Made by a program: the position numbers and the translations under genes. A stretch of 60,109 bases of DNA, the filler included. It is 6 parts of 6 records of this genome, joined end to end, with 100 filler letters (N's around TTAATTAATTAA, not from the genome) between each part and the next. Parts side by side here need not be neighbours in the genome. Positions count along the whole stretch, not along the records: positions 28,906 to 37,567 come from DRR723986_1306; positions 37,668 to 45,394 come from DRR723986_1310; 4 more parts are not named here. One strand, given 5' to 3'. The first letter of the stretch is position 1. Each line of letters starts with the position of its first letter. Shown piece after piece: positions 30,501 to 39,851 of this stretch. Below the pieces are notes generated by a model. The model made no database searches and was not told where the DNA came from. It saw nothing but the letters and a program-made list of their open reading frames with translations.

Positions 30501-32075
30501 ATGCAAGCACTCAGCGGCAAAATTCTCATTGTTGATGACGATCCCATCCAGCGCAGGTTGCTTCAGGAAGCCGTGAAAAAATTCGGCTACCGGTCGAAAA
30601 CGGCCGAGAATGGTGCCGAAGCGGTGCGCATCATGTCGAGCCCGGAAGCCAGCGAGATCGACCTGATCATTCTCGACATGGTGATGCCCGAGCTTGACGG
30701 CCTGGGCGTTCTGGAACGTCTGCGCTCCGACAAGAACGCAACGCCGGTCATCGTTCAAACCGCCCACGGCGGCATCGATACCGTGGTCAACGTCATGAAC
30801 GCGGGCGCTCAGGATTTCGTCGTGAAACCGGTGGCGCCGGAACGACTCAATGTCTCGATCCGCAACCTTCTGAAGACATCCGCTCTGGAAGGCGAAATCA
30901 CCCGGATCCGCAAACAGGCTTCGGGCACACTGACCTTCGCCGACATCATCACCCACTCGCCGGCCATGGAACGGGTGATCAATCTGGGCAAGAGGGCCGC
31001 CGCGTCGAACATTCCGATCCTGATCGAAGGGGAAAGCGGCGTCGGCAAGGAAATGATCGCCAGCGCCATTCAGGGATCCAGCGACCGCAAGTCCAAACCT
31101 CTGGTCACGGTCAACTGCGGTGCTATCCCCGACAATCTGGTCGAATCGATTCTCTTCGGCCACGAGAAGGGCGCGTTCACCGGCGCGGTCGACAAGCATG
31201 TCGGCAAGTTTCAGGAAGCTCATGGCGGAACGCTGTTCCTGGACGAGGTTGGCGAGCTGCCTCAGGAAGTTCAGGTCAAGCTGCTGCGCGCCCTGCAGGA
31301 AAGCGAGATCGACCCGATCGGCGCTCGCCGCCCGGTGAAAGTGGATTTCCGTCTGATCTCGGCAACCAACCGCCGCCTGATCGACCAGGTGAAGGAAGGT
31401 GTCTTCCGGGAAGACCTTTATTACCGGCTCAACGTTTTCCCGATATGGATCCCGCCGTTGCGCGACCGGCGAGAGGACATTCCCGCGCTCACCCGCCATT
31501 TCCTGGCCCGTTTCGCGGCAGAGGAAGGCAAGCCTCAGGTGGCCGGCGTCACCGCGGACACGCTCGCGATGCTCCAGGAGTATCACTGGCCGGGCAATAT
31601 CAGGCAGCTGGAGAACGCGGTATTCCGCGCTGTCGTCTTGTGCGACGGCCCGCAACTGACGATCAACGATTTCCCGCAGGTTGCCGCGGCAACGGAACAG
31701 ACCGCCACTCCGGGCGCAACGATCCAGCCTCAGACACAGTTGGCCTACCCGGACCGATTGTCTGGAGGCGATCTTGCCGCAGCGCCGGTCCGCCCGAGCG
31801 AACCCTCGGTTCCACCGCACCACACCCCCTCGGCTCCCGCCCCTCAGGCAGGTTTTGAGCAAGCGGCACCCTTCGGTTTCATGCGCAACCTCGACCAGGA
31901 GGGCCATGTCCGCAAGTTGACCGATATCGAGGAGGAACTGATTCGCGCAGCGATCAATCATTACTCCGGACGCATGACAGAAGTTGCCAAACGGTTGGGA
32001 ATCGGCCGATCCACGCTCTATCGCAAGCTCAAGGAATACGGATTGGACGAGAGCGGCAAGGACGCGGCAGCCTGA
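30501..32075 (+). CDS. Sigma54-dependent response regulator (REC-AAA-Fis HTH), TacA-like
   Basis: ILIVDDD/LDMVMP receiver, GESGVGKE, GAFTGA, LGIGRSTLYRKL; divergent from pepF. Confidence 0.92.
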   Translation: MQALSGKILIVDDDPIQRRLLQEAVKKFGYRSKTAENGAEAVRIMSSPEASEIDLIILDMVMPELDGLGVLERLRSDKNATPVIVQTAHGGIDTVVNVMNAGAQDFVVKPVAPERLNVSIRNLLKTSALEGEITRIRKQASGTLTFADIITHSPAMERVINLGKRAAASNIPILIEGESGVGKEMIASAIQGSSDRKSKPLVTVNCGAIPDNLVESILFGHEKGAFTGAVDKHVGKFQEAHGGTLFLDEVGELPQEVQVKLLRALQESEIDPIGARRPVKVDFRLISATNRRLIDQVKEGVFREDLYYRLNVFPIWIPPLRDRREDIPALTRHFLARFAAEEGKPQVAGVTADTLAMLQEYHWPGNIRQLENAVFRAVVLCDGPQLTINDFPQVAAATEQTATPGATIQPQTQLAYPDRLSGGDLAAAPVRPSEPSVPPHHTPSAPAPQAGFEQAAPFGFMRNLDQEGHVRKLTDIEEELIRAAINHYSGRMTEVAKRLGIGRSTLYRKLKEYGLDESGKDAAA

Positions 32076-32310
32076 ATTGAGGCAAATCATAGCGCAAACT
32101 GTCGATTTCGACGATATTTTGACGCATTCTCCGGGTAACCACCGCTACCGGAGCGTTTTTGCACTACGCGCTTGCGCCGTTGCAGTTCTGCAACGATTAT
32201 CAGCGAAGCGAAAATAGGGTAAAAACTTCTTAACCTGCGGCAGCTAGGCTATGCATCCTGCTGGGGAGCACGGGATGGGTGAAAGCCCTCTGAAAACGGC
32301 GAGATAGAGA

Positions 32311-34134
32311 TTGCGTACACGGTTAGTTGATTTCGACGCCGTCGGTTGGCTGAAGCGTGCCGCGAAAGCGGCCGGCGCGTTTGCTGTCGTGTCTGCGTGC
32401 CTGGTCACCTTTGCCCAGGCCGAGACGCGTACCCTGAAGCTGTACAACACGCATACCAAAGAGCGTGTGTCGATTACTTTCAAGAAAAACGGCCGCTATC
32501 TGCCGGATGGTCTGCGCGAAGCCAACCGCTTCCTGCGCGACTGGCGCCGTAACGAAATGACCAAGATCGATCCGGAACTTCTGGATCTGGTCTGGGAAGT
32601 ATACCAGAAGGTGGGCGCAAGCCAGCCGATCCACGTCGTCTCCAGCTACCGGTCTCCCGCAACCAACAACATGCTGCGCAAGCGGTCCTCTGGCGTTGCC
32701 AAGAACAGCCAGCACACGCTCGGCAAGGCGATGGACTTTTTCATTCCCGGCGTGAAACTTGCCACCCTGCGTGCCACTGGCCTGCGCAAGGAAGTGGGCG
32801 GCGTCGGCTATTATCCGAGATCCGGGTCCCCCTTCGTGCACATGGACACCGGCAGTGTCCGTCACTGGCCGCGCATGAGCCGTTCCGAACTGGCTCGCGT
32901 GTTCCCGGACGGCAAGACACTCCACTTTCCGTCCGACGGCAAACCTATGAGCGGCTACAAGGTTGCGCTCGCCGAAAGCAAGTCCGGCCGGTCGAGAAGT
33001 TCCAAACCGACGATCGTCGCGTCCAACACGCGCTCAAGCTCTTCCAATGGCCTGAGCACGCGCGACCAGAATCTGACCCGCCCGGGCAAACCGATTCCGG
33101 TAACCGCGCAGGATGACAATGCGTCCTCCGGTGGCGGCAACCTGTTTGCCAGCCTCTTTGGCGGCGGCAACAACCGTGACAACACATCCAAGCGTCCGGG
33201 CGCAGTTGGCAACACGCCGCCGGCACCGGTTGCCGAAGCCCCGGCTGTGGTGATCGAAAATCCGCCTGTTCCCAGCCGGAAGGTCCTGGAAAGCGAACCG
33301 GAAGCACCGGCAGCAGCACCGATTGTCGTGGCCAGCAACGCGCCGATCGTGAAACCGCCTGCAGATATTCCCGCCGTGGCGGCAAGCAAGACGCCTCCGC
33401 CCGCACCGAACACGCTTGATGCACAGCGGTTTGCAATCGAGACCGGGCAACCGGGCGCGCCGACACAAGGTGCAAACCCGGCTCCCGAGAAAGCAATCGA
33501 CTCGCGGTTCCAGGTAGCCTCGCGCACGCCGCAGCAGAAACCCAGCAAGGGTCTTAGCGATGCTGCCAAGGTTGCAGCGGCTAATCTCGGCCTGACCGGC
33601 GATGTCCCCGTTCCGGGCTCCGCTCCGACCGATGATCCGGTCGCAGCCATTGCCGCGGCAACGGGTACTTCCGTACCTTCTCCGGTGCCTGCACCGCGTT
33701 CGGAAACGACGCTCGCCTATGCTTCGGCCTCTGCAGCACCGACGAGCCTGAGCCGCTCGCTGCGTCCGTCGGTAAGCGAACCGGCACGGGCACAGGCCAA
33801 TCGGCCGGCAGCCGGTGCCACCGCCAAGACAGCCCCTGCACGCCAGCAGTCCGTTTCAGGCCGGATCCCGCGTGATCAGATTGTCGATCCGCTTGCCGGT
33901 TTTGCAAGCCTGCCGGACAAATCCGCTCCGACGCTTCTGTCCGGCGCAGGCACCACGCGTCATCAGACCTTCGCGTGGCTCAGCCACCCCAACCAGCGCC
34001 AGCTGAAGAACGTGATGATGCCGGGCAACCGCTTTGTCTCCGCCAGCTTTGAAAACAATCCTTACGGCGACCTGCGCACAGACCGGTTCGACGGTCCGGC
34101 AGTGGTCATCCTTCCGGTACGCTTCGCGCGCTGA
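32311..34134 (+). CDS. DUF882/YcbK (peptidase M15-like) exported protein with long Pro/Ala-rich tail
   Basis: Signal peptide, SSYRSPATN, SQHTLGKAMDF, GGVGYYP...FVHMDTG; start uncertain. Confidence 0.88.
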   Translation: MRTRLVDFDAVGWLKRAAKAAGAFAVVSACLVTFAQAETRTLKLYNTHTKERVSITFKKNGRYLPDGLREANRFLRDWRRNEMTKIDPELLDLVWEVYQKVGASQPIHVVSSYRSPATNNMLRKRSSGVAKNSQHTLGKAMDFFIPGVKLATLRATGLRKEVGGVGYYPRSGSPFVHMDTGSVRHWPRMSRSELARVFPDGKTLHFPSDGKPMSGYKVALAESKSGRSRSSKPTIVASNTRSSSSNGLSTRDQNLTRPGKPIPVTAQDDNASSGGGNLFASLFGGGNNRDNTSKRPGAVGNTPPAPVAEAPAVVIENPPVPSRKVLESEPEAPAAAPIVVASNAPIVKPPADIPAVAASKTPPPAPNTLDAQRFAIETGQPGAPTQGANPAPEKAIDSRFQVASRTPQQKPSKGLSDAAKVAAANLGLTGDVPVPGSAPTDDPVAAIAAATGTSVPSPVPAPRSETTLAYASASAAPTSLSRSLRPSVSEPARAQANRPAAGATAKTAPARQQSVSGRIPRDQIVDPLAGFASLPDKSAPTLLSGAGTTRHQTFAWLSHPNQRQLKNVMMPGNRFVSASFENNPYGDLRTDRFDGPAVVILPVRFAR

Positions 34135-34161
34135 AGCATCGACCAGTGAAAGATTGAGCAT

Positions 34162-34194
34162 AAAAAAAGAGCGGCTTTTCAGCCGCTCTTTTTT
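34162..34194. terminator. Bidirectional intrinsic terminator
   Basis: aaaaaagagcggct-tttc-agccgctctttttt between convergent genes. Confidence 0.9.
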
Positions 34195-34224
34195 CTTGTC
34201 GTGAACCGCGGTTACCGCAGCTTG

Positions 34225-34494
34225 TCAGCCTTCGCCGCCGCCAGCACCACCAGCCATGCCAAGTGCATGCAGGTAGAGGTCGAGAACCGCCTCTTCCTCT
34301 TCACGCTCATGCGGCTGCTTCTTGCGCAGGGAAACGACCTTCCGCAGGATCTTGACGTCAAAGCCGTTGCCCTTGGCTTCGGCATAGACGTCCTTGATGT
34401 CATCGGAGATGACTTTCTTTTCTTCTTCAAGACGCTCGATACGCTCTACAAACGCGCGCAGCTGGTCGCCTGCCACTCCACCGGGATCGGACAT
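34225..34494 (-). CDS. gapR: GapR-like nucleoid protein (DUF2312)
   Basis: [17 protein letters not shown]...[15 protein letters not shown]...LYLHALGM. Confidence 0.92.
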   Translation of the reverse strand: MSDPGGVAGDQLRAFVERIERLEEEKKVISDDIKDVYAEAKGNGFDVKILRKVVSLRKKQPHEREEEEAVLDLYLHALGMAGGAGGGEG

Positions 34495-34646
34495 GTTTTC
34501 TGTTTCTCCTTCTCGTACTTCCTTGTCGCGCAGTGCGCGGTCTCAATGGCCGCGGCTGATATGAGCCGCCGTCAATAACCTGGCCGTGCGTTGCCAGACT
34601 CCGCATTGGCCGTCAAGCAGCCAAGCAAGCCGAGGCAACCCCCGGC

Positions 34647-34943
34647 TCAGTGTTGGGGTTTATTCTTTTCAAAGGCGGCCTGCTGATCCGCAGTCGCCTC
34701 GGTCTGGTATTTGGCCTTCCAATCGTCGTAAGGCATGCCGTAGACGATTTCGCGGGCCTCGGATTTTTCCAGGGAAACGCCCTTGTCCTGCGCCGCGTCC
34801 TGATACCAGTTGGAAAGGCAGTTACGGCAGAAACCGGCCAGATTCATCATGTCGATGTTCTGAACGTCCGTCCGTCCACGCAGATGTTCCACAAGGCGTC
34901 TGAAAACCGCGGCTTCCAGTTCGAGTTTCGTCTGATCGTCCAT
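34647..34943 (-). CDS. DUF1244 family protein
   Basis: ELEAAVFRRL...DVQNIDMMNLAGFCRNCLSNWY...VYGMPY. Confidence 0.88.
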   Translation of the reverse strand: MDDQTKLELEAAVFRRLVEHLRGRTDVQNIDMMNLAGFCRNCLSNWYQDAAQDKGVSLEKSEAREIVYGMPYDDWKAKYQTEATADQQAAFEKNKPQH

Positions 34944-34980
34944 CCCGAAGGTCTCCCTGTCCCGGACCGGTAGCCCGGCC

Positions 34981-35790
34981 TTAAGCAGCGTCGCTACGCG
35001 ACTTGAAATGCTGGATCCGCCGGCAGTCGGACATGCCGGCAATTTTTCTCAGAACCGGCTCGAGTCGGTCCGCCCATTCAAGCGCTCCAGCCGCGTCGGC
35101 AATCAGATCCTGCCGCAGTTCCAGAAGCGCATGTGCCACTCCCCGGCGGGTTGCGTGCCGGTACATTGTGTCGTTTTTGAGAGCTCCGTCGTAGGGCTCG
35201 TTGTCACCGACGACGATGTCTTCCTGCGCTCTCAAGCCTTCAAGCATGGGCTGAACGGCTCTTGGGTCGCTGTCCCACAGAACGGTGACATGCCAGGGCC
35301 GCGGCACGCCGCGCCAGACCGGCGTGAAACTGTGAATGGAGACAATCACCGGCGGCTCGCTCACTTCCATCATGGCATCCAGCGTCTGGTCGATGAGGTC
35401 GTGATAGGGCTTGTGGAACCGGTCGATGCGGATCGCCCGCTCCTTCGTGTCGACCTTTGCATTGCCCGGCACGACGGCACCGTCCGACAGGCGCATGATC
35501 AGCGTGGGGTCGTCATCGCCCCGGTTCGGATCGATCAGCAGCCGAGAATAGGTGGTCAGGCAAGCTGGTGCATTGAGTCGCTTCGCAAGTTCGAGCGTGA
35601 CCGCGCGCGCACCGATGTCATAACCGATATGGCGTTCGAACTGTTCGGCCGGAACGCCGAGATCGCCATAAGGCTCAGGGACCGTGTTGCGGGCGTGATC
35701 GCACAAGAGCAGCAATCCGGAAGTAAAATCGCCCTTTACGTATTCGGTCGGCTGAAAGGCCCGGCCGGTTTCGGCTGCTGGTTCTATCAT
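34981..35790 (-). CDS. N-formylglutamate amidohydrolase
   Basis: LCDHA, HIGYDIGA, SRLLIDPNR, SIHSFTP, DNEPY, ELRQDL. Confidence 0.92.
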   Translation of the reverse strand: MIEPAAETGRAFQPTEYVKGDFTSGLLLLCDHARNTVPEPYGDLGVPAEQFERHIGYDIGARAVTLELAKRLNAPACLTTYSRLLIDPNRGDDDPTLIMRLSDGAVVPGNAKVDTKERAIRIDRFHKPYHDLIDQTLDAMMEVSEPPVIVSIHSFTPVWRGVPRPWHVTVLWDSDPRAVQPMLEGLRAQEDIVVGDNEPYDGALKNDTMYRHATRRGVAHALLELRQDLIADAAGALEWADRLEPVLRKIAGMSDCRRIQHFKSRSDAA

Positions 35791-36200
35791 GTCTCGCTTC
35801 GTGGAAACTTTTATGGCTCGCTATCGCGCAGGCGGTCAGGTTTACGGCAAACCGGCGAAGGAACCAAGCCCGAAAACACCGCTTTCCGGCGGCAACACCG
35901 CAGGCCATCCACACCTTCCACACCCTTCCTTGCAATCAAGGCACCTGTGTTTTTGCCAAGGTGTGTACAACGCGGTATACGCTTTATTGACAGCTAACAC
36001 CGATCTGAGGCGGAGCGGCCATGTTCCCGCCCCATTTCTGACGGCATAGGGGGTGGGACTGTTCATTTGGACAAAAAATCCGGACGGTTCGGGAAACAAG
36101 TCTGGGCGAAAGGCTCCGTATCCCGTTAACGACGTTGACAAGGCCCCCTTGTCGACGCAAAAAGCGAATGTCTGTAAAGCAGCAAAGCGAACGACTGCAT

Positions 36201-36689
36201 ATGTTTAAGGTTGGGGAACGGAACCAGGGCGAGTCTCGGGCATGTATCAGCGTGCCTGTGAAATTTGCCTTTGCTGCATTCCTCACCGTGCTGTTTTTCT
36301 CCGCATCCAGTGACGAAGCCAGAGCTGATCTGCGCCTTTGCAACAAGACCGACAGTCAGGTTGGTGTAGCCATCGGCTACAAGGACAAGACCGACTGGGT
36401 CACCGAAGGCTGGTGGAACCTTGCTTCCAATTCCTGCGAGACCCTGGTACCCGGGGCGCTGGTGTCACGATACTATTACATCTACGCAGTTGATTATGAC
36501 CAATTCGGCGAATGGGGTGGCCGGGCGTTCATGTGCACCCGGGAAAAGGAATTCACCATTCGCGGAATTGAGGACTGTGTGGCTCGCGGATTCGAACGGA
36601 CAGGCTTTTTTGAAATCGACACGGGCGAACAGAGCAGCTGGACGGTCCAGCTGACCGAACCCGTGCAACAGGGGACAGGTGGGCGATGA
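36201..36689 (+). CDS. DUF1036 family exported protein
   Basis: ADLRLCNKT...TEGWW...YYYIYA...DCVARGF...IDTGEQ; upstream of pyk; start uncertain. Confidence 0.85.
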   Translation: MFKVGERNQGESRACISVPVKFAFAAFLTVLFFSASSDEARADLRLCNKTDSQVGVAIGYKDKTDWVTEGWWNLASNSCETLVPGALVSRYYYIYAVDYDQFGEWGGRAFMCTREKEFTIRGIEDCVARGFERTGFFEIDTGEQSSWTVQLTEPVQQGTGGR

Positions 36690-37567
36690 GGCGTAACCGG
36701 CGAGTCAAAATTCTTGCAACTCTCGGACCCTCCTCCTCAGAACAAGACATCATCGAAAAATTGTATCGCTCCGGTGCGGACGTGTTCCGCATCAACATGA
36801 GCCATACCGATCATGATCGTCTGAAGATGCTCGTTGAACGCATCCGTTCTGTTGAGGAGAAGGTTGGACGACCAATCGGCATTCTGGCCGATCTGCAGGG
36901 ACCCAAGCTGCGTGTGGGAACGTTTGCCGACGGCCCGGTCATGCTGGAAAACGGCGCAACGTTCACGCTGGACGCCGACAAGTCCGGCGGCAGTGTCGAC
37001 AGGGTACACCTGCCGCATCCCGAAATTCTTCAGGCTCTCGAGCCGGGCCACCGCCTGCTGCTCGATGACGGCAAGATCCAGCTCAAGGTTCTGGAAGCCG
37101 ACCGCACCAGGGCCGTGACGGAAGTCGTCGTCGGCGGCAAGCTGTCAGACCGCAAGGGCGTCAGCGTTCCCGATTCGGAAATCGCAACAAGCGCCATGAC
37201 CGAGAAGGACCACAAGGACCTGATCGCCGCCCTCGACCAGAACGTCGACTGGGTAGCCCTGTCCTTCGTGCAGCGCCCGGACGACATTGCCGAAGTGCGC
37301 AAGATCACCCGTGGCCGCGCCGGCGTCCTGGCCAAGATCGAAAAGCCGCAGGCCATCGGCCGGCTGGACGAGATCATCGAACTGTCCGACGCCATCATGG
37401 TTGCCCGTGGCGACCTGGGCGTGGAACTGCCTCTGGAACAGGTTCCCGGCCTTCAGAAGCGCATCACCCGCGCCTGCCGTCGTGCCGGCAAACCGGTCGT
37501 GATCGCCACGCAGATGCTGGAATCCATGATCAACGCACCGGTGCCGACCCGCGCCGAGGTGTCCGAC
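36686..37567 (+). CDS. pyk: Pyruvate kinase (3' truncated)
   Basis: [40 protein letters not shown]. Confidence 0.97.
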
Positions 37568-37667
37568 NNNNNNNNNNNNNNNNNNNNNNNNNNNNNNNNN
37601 NNNNNNNNNNNTTAATTAATTAANNNNNNNNNNNNNNNNNNNNNNNNNNNNNNNNNNNNNNNNNNNN
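37568..37667. other. Artificial contig spacer
   Basis: N44-TTAATTAATTAA-N44. Confidence 0.98.
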
Positions 37668-38329
37668 TGGGTCTTCTCCATCTGCCGCTTGACGCGGTTT
37701 TTGATCTTCCGCTCCATCTGCAGCATGCCCATCTCGCTCTCCATGAGCGCGAAGACCTTTTCGAGGCGTTCCTTCACGTCCGTGAGTTCGAGCAGTTCCT
37801 GCTTGTCGGAGAGTTTGACAGAGAGGTTCGACGCCACCGAGTCGGCCAGGCGGCCGGCATCGGTCATGGCCGCAATCGTGCCCACCGATTCCGGCGGGAT
37901 CTTGCGGTTCAGCTTCACGTAATTCTCGAACTGCTCCTGCACGGCACGCATCAGGGCCTGCACGTCGGAATTGTCCGTTTCGGCTTCTTCCAGCGTTTCG
38001 ACTTCGGCTTCGAAATAGTCACCGCGATCGATCAGCTCATTTACGCGCGCACGTGTCTTGCCTTCGACCAGCACTTTCACGGTGCCGTCGGGCAGCTTCA
38101 GCAGTTGGAGGATGGTAGCGATCGTGCCGGTTTCGTGCACGTCATCGGAGCCGGGATCGTCGATCGCAGCATCCAGCTGGGCCACCAGCATGATTTCATT
38201 GTCTGCCTCTTCGATCATTTCGAGGGCGCGAACCGACTTGTCGCGGCCCACAAAGAGCGGGGCGACCATGTCGGGAAAAACCACGATGTCCCGAAGCGGC
38301 AACACCGGAAGGTTCTTGGTCTTTGGCAT
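37668..38329 (-). CDS. lon: Endopeptidase La, N-terminal part (3' truncated)
   Basis: LPVLPLRDIVVFP, LFVGR, QLLKLPDGTVKVLVEG, RVKRQMEKT. Confidence 0.96.
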
Positions 38330-38416
38330 GTAACTGCCTCCTTCGTATTATGGTCCCGCCTGGCGGCGACCATGTGACCCTACCTGCCAATGATGACGGG
38401 AGTCGGGCGATGTACC

Positions 38417-38447
38417 AGATGTGGAGAGTGGCAACGGCCGCTTCAAC
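38417..38447 (-). promoter_or_regulatory. Putative RpoH (sigma32) promoter of lon
   Basis: Minus strand reads GTTGAA-N17-CCACATCT, close to the alphaproteobacterial heat-shock consensus, about 90 nt upstream of lon. Confidence 0.6.
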
Positions 38448-38495
38448 CCGGCCCCTGCGCAACAAAATTGTGATTTACCCCGCCCCTGCCCGCAA

Positions 38496-39797
38496 TCAGG
38501 GCGCTGCGGCCCGCCATGCCTTTGCGGCAGCCTTTTCCGATTTCTGATTGGCCAGAAAGGCCGACAGGACGCCAAGTTTCTCATCTGGCTCCCCTCCCGC
38601 ACCGAGCCGTTTCAGCTGCTCATAATACCACCCCATGGCGCCGAAACCGTTAAGCGCCTTGACGAGTTTGATCGGTGAGTGCGGCCCCAGCAGGCCCGGC
38701 CCGATGCGTAGTTTCTGTTCCCACCGGTCCAGCGCATCCTGCGTGCCGTCCAGCAAGCGGGTCGGCGCAGCCGTATCGACACAAAGCGGCCGGCCAAGGC
38801 CGATCAGGTCCGCCTCGCCTGCCGCCAAGGCGTCATTCATCGCGGCGACAGTGCGGAAACCGCCGGTGACCATCAGGGGCATCTTCGCCCGGTCCTGCAC
38901 GGCGCGGGCATATTTCAGGAAATAGGCCTCCCGCGCGCGGGTCGACTCGGCGACCGGCTGGTCGAAGGCCGGCTGCAGGCCTTCCTGGTCCATCATTTTC
39001 GGCTGCTCGTAATTGCCGCCGGAAATCTCCACGAAATCAACGTTCAGCGTATCGAGGAGGTCGATCACGCCGAGGCAGTCCTCAAAGCTGAAGCCGCCTT
39101 TCTGGAAGTCTGCCGAATTCAGTTTCACAGACACGGAAAAGCCGGGGCCCGCCGCCGCCTTCGCCTCTTCCACGCAGGCGACCAGCAATCTTGCCCGGTT
39201 TTCAAGCGGGCCACCCCATTCGTCCTGGCGCTGATTGGCCAGCGGGGACAGGAAGGAGGACAGGAGGTAACCATGGGCGGCATGGACCTGAATACCGTCA
39301 AACCCGGTCTGTTTCGCGACTGTCGCGGCCCGGCCGAAACCTTCGATCACGGCCTGGATCTCGTCCGCCGTCATGGCGCGGGGCGATCCGAACTGACCGC
39401 CCGGCAGGCCGAGCGCCACAGGGCTTGGCGCAGCCGGCCGCGGATTTACCAGTTTCGGCGTCTGGCGCCCGGCATGGCTGACCTGCATGACCAGCGCCGC
39501 GCCATGGCTTTTCGCCGCCTTGGCCCAGCGGGCGAACCCGTCCAGTTCCTCATTCGAGACCTTCGGCCCGATGACGACATTCCCCACCTGTTCGAGGTGG
39601 TCATGGTCGATCTGGACATTGCCGGTGATGATGCCGCCAAGACCGCCTTCGGCCCAGCGCCGATAGAGCGTGACATGTGCCTCAGTGACCCGGTTGCGCG
39701 AATCAGCCAATCCCTCTGTCATTGCCGCTTTCACAAGACGGTTGGGAAATGTCAGCCCGCTGGCCAGGGTTAATGCAGTGTTAATCGTGGCAGTCAT
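38496..39797 (-). CDS. NADH:flavin oxidoreductase (OYE family)
   Basis: NRLVKAAMTE, HAGRQ, HAAHGYLLSSFLSP, KLNSADF; start trimmed to MTATINT. Confidence 0.92.
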   Translation of the reverse strand: MTATINTALTLASGLTFPNRLVKAAMTEGLADSRNRVTEAHVTLYRRWAEGGLGGIITGNVQIDHDHLEQVGNVVIGPKVSNEELDGFARWAKAAKSHGAALVMQVSHAGRQTPKLVNPRPAAPSPVALGLPGGQFGSPRAMTADEIQAVIEGFGRAATVAKQTGFDGIQVHAAHGYLLSSFLSPLANQRQDEWGGPLENRARLLVACVEEAKAAAGPGFSVSVKLNSADFQKGGFSFEDCLGVIDLLDTLNVDFVEISGGNYEQPKMMDQEGLQPAFDQPVAESTRAREAYFLKYARAVQDRAKMPLMVTGGFRTVAAMNDALAAGEADLIGLGRPLCVDTAAPTRLLDGTQDALDRWEQKLRIGPGLLGPHSPIKLVKALNGFGAMGWYYEQLKRLGAGGEPDEKLGVLSAFLANQKSEKAAAKAWRAAAP

Positions 39798-39851
39798 TGA
39801 TGTTCCCCCAATATCGACACTGACTCGTGACGCCCTTAAGGGAGACCATAA

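Noticed and set aside
24125-32090. Long antisense ORFs (e.g. 24125-25573, 27281-28804, 30441-32090)
   Set aside because: These are shadows of well-supported genes in high-GC DNA, with no motifs.
32159-32176. Sigma54 -24/-12 promoter upstream of DUF882 (TTGCAC...TTGC)
   Set aside because: It lacks the invariant GG and the spacing is wrong.
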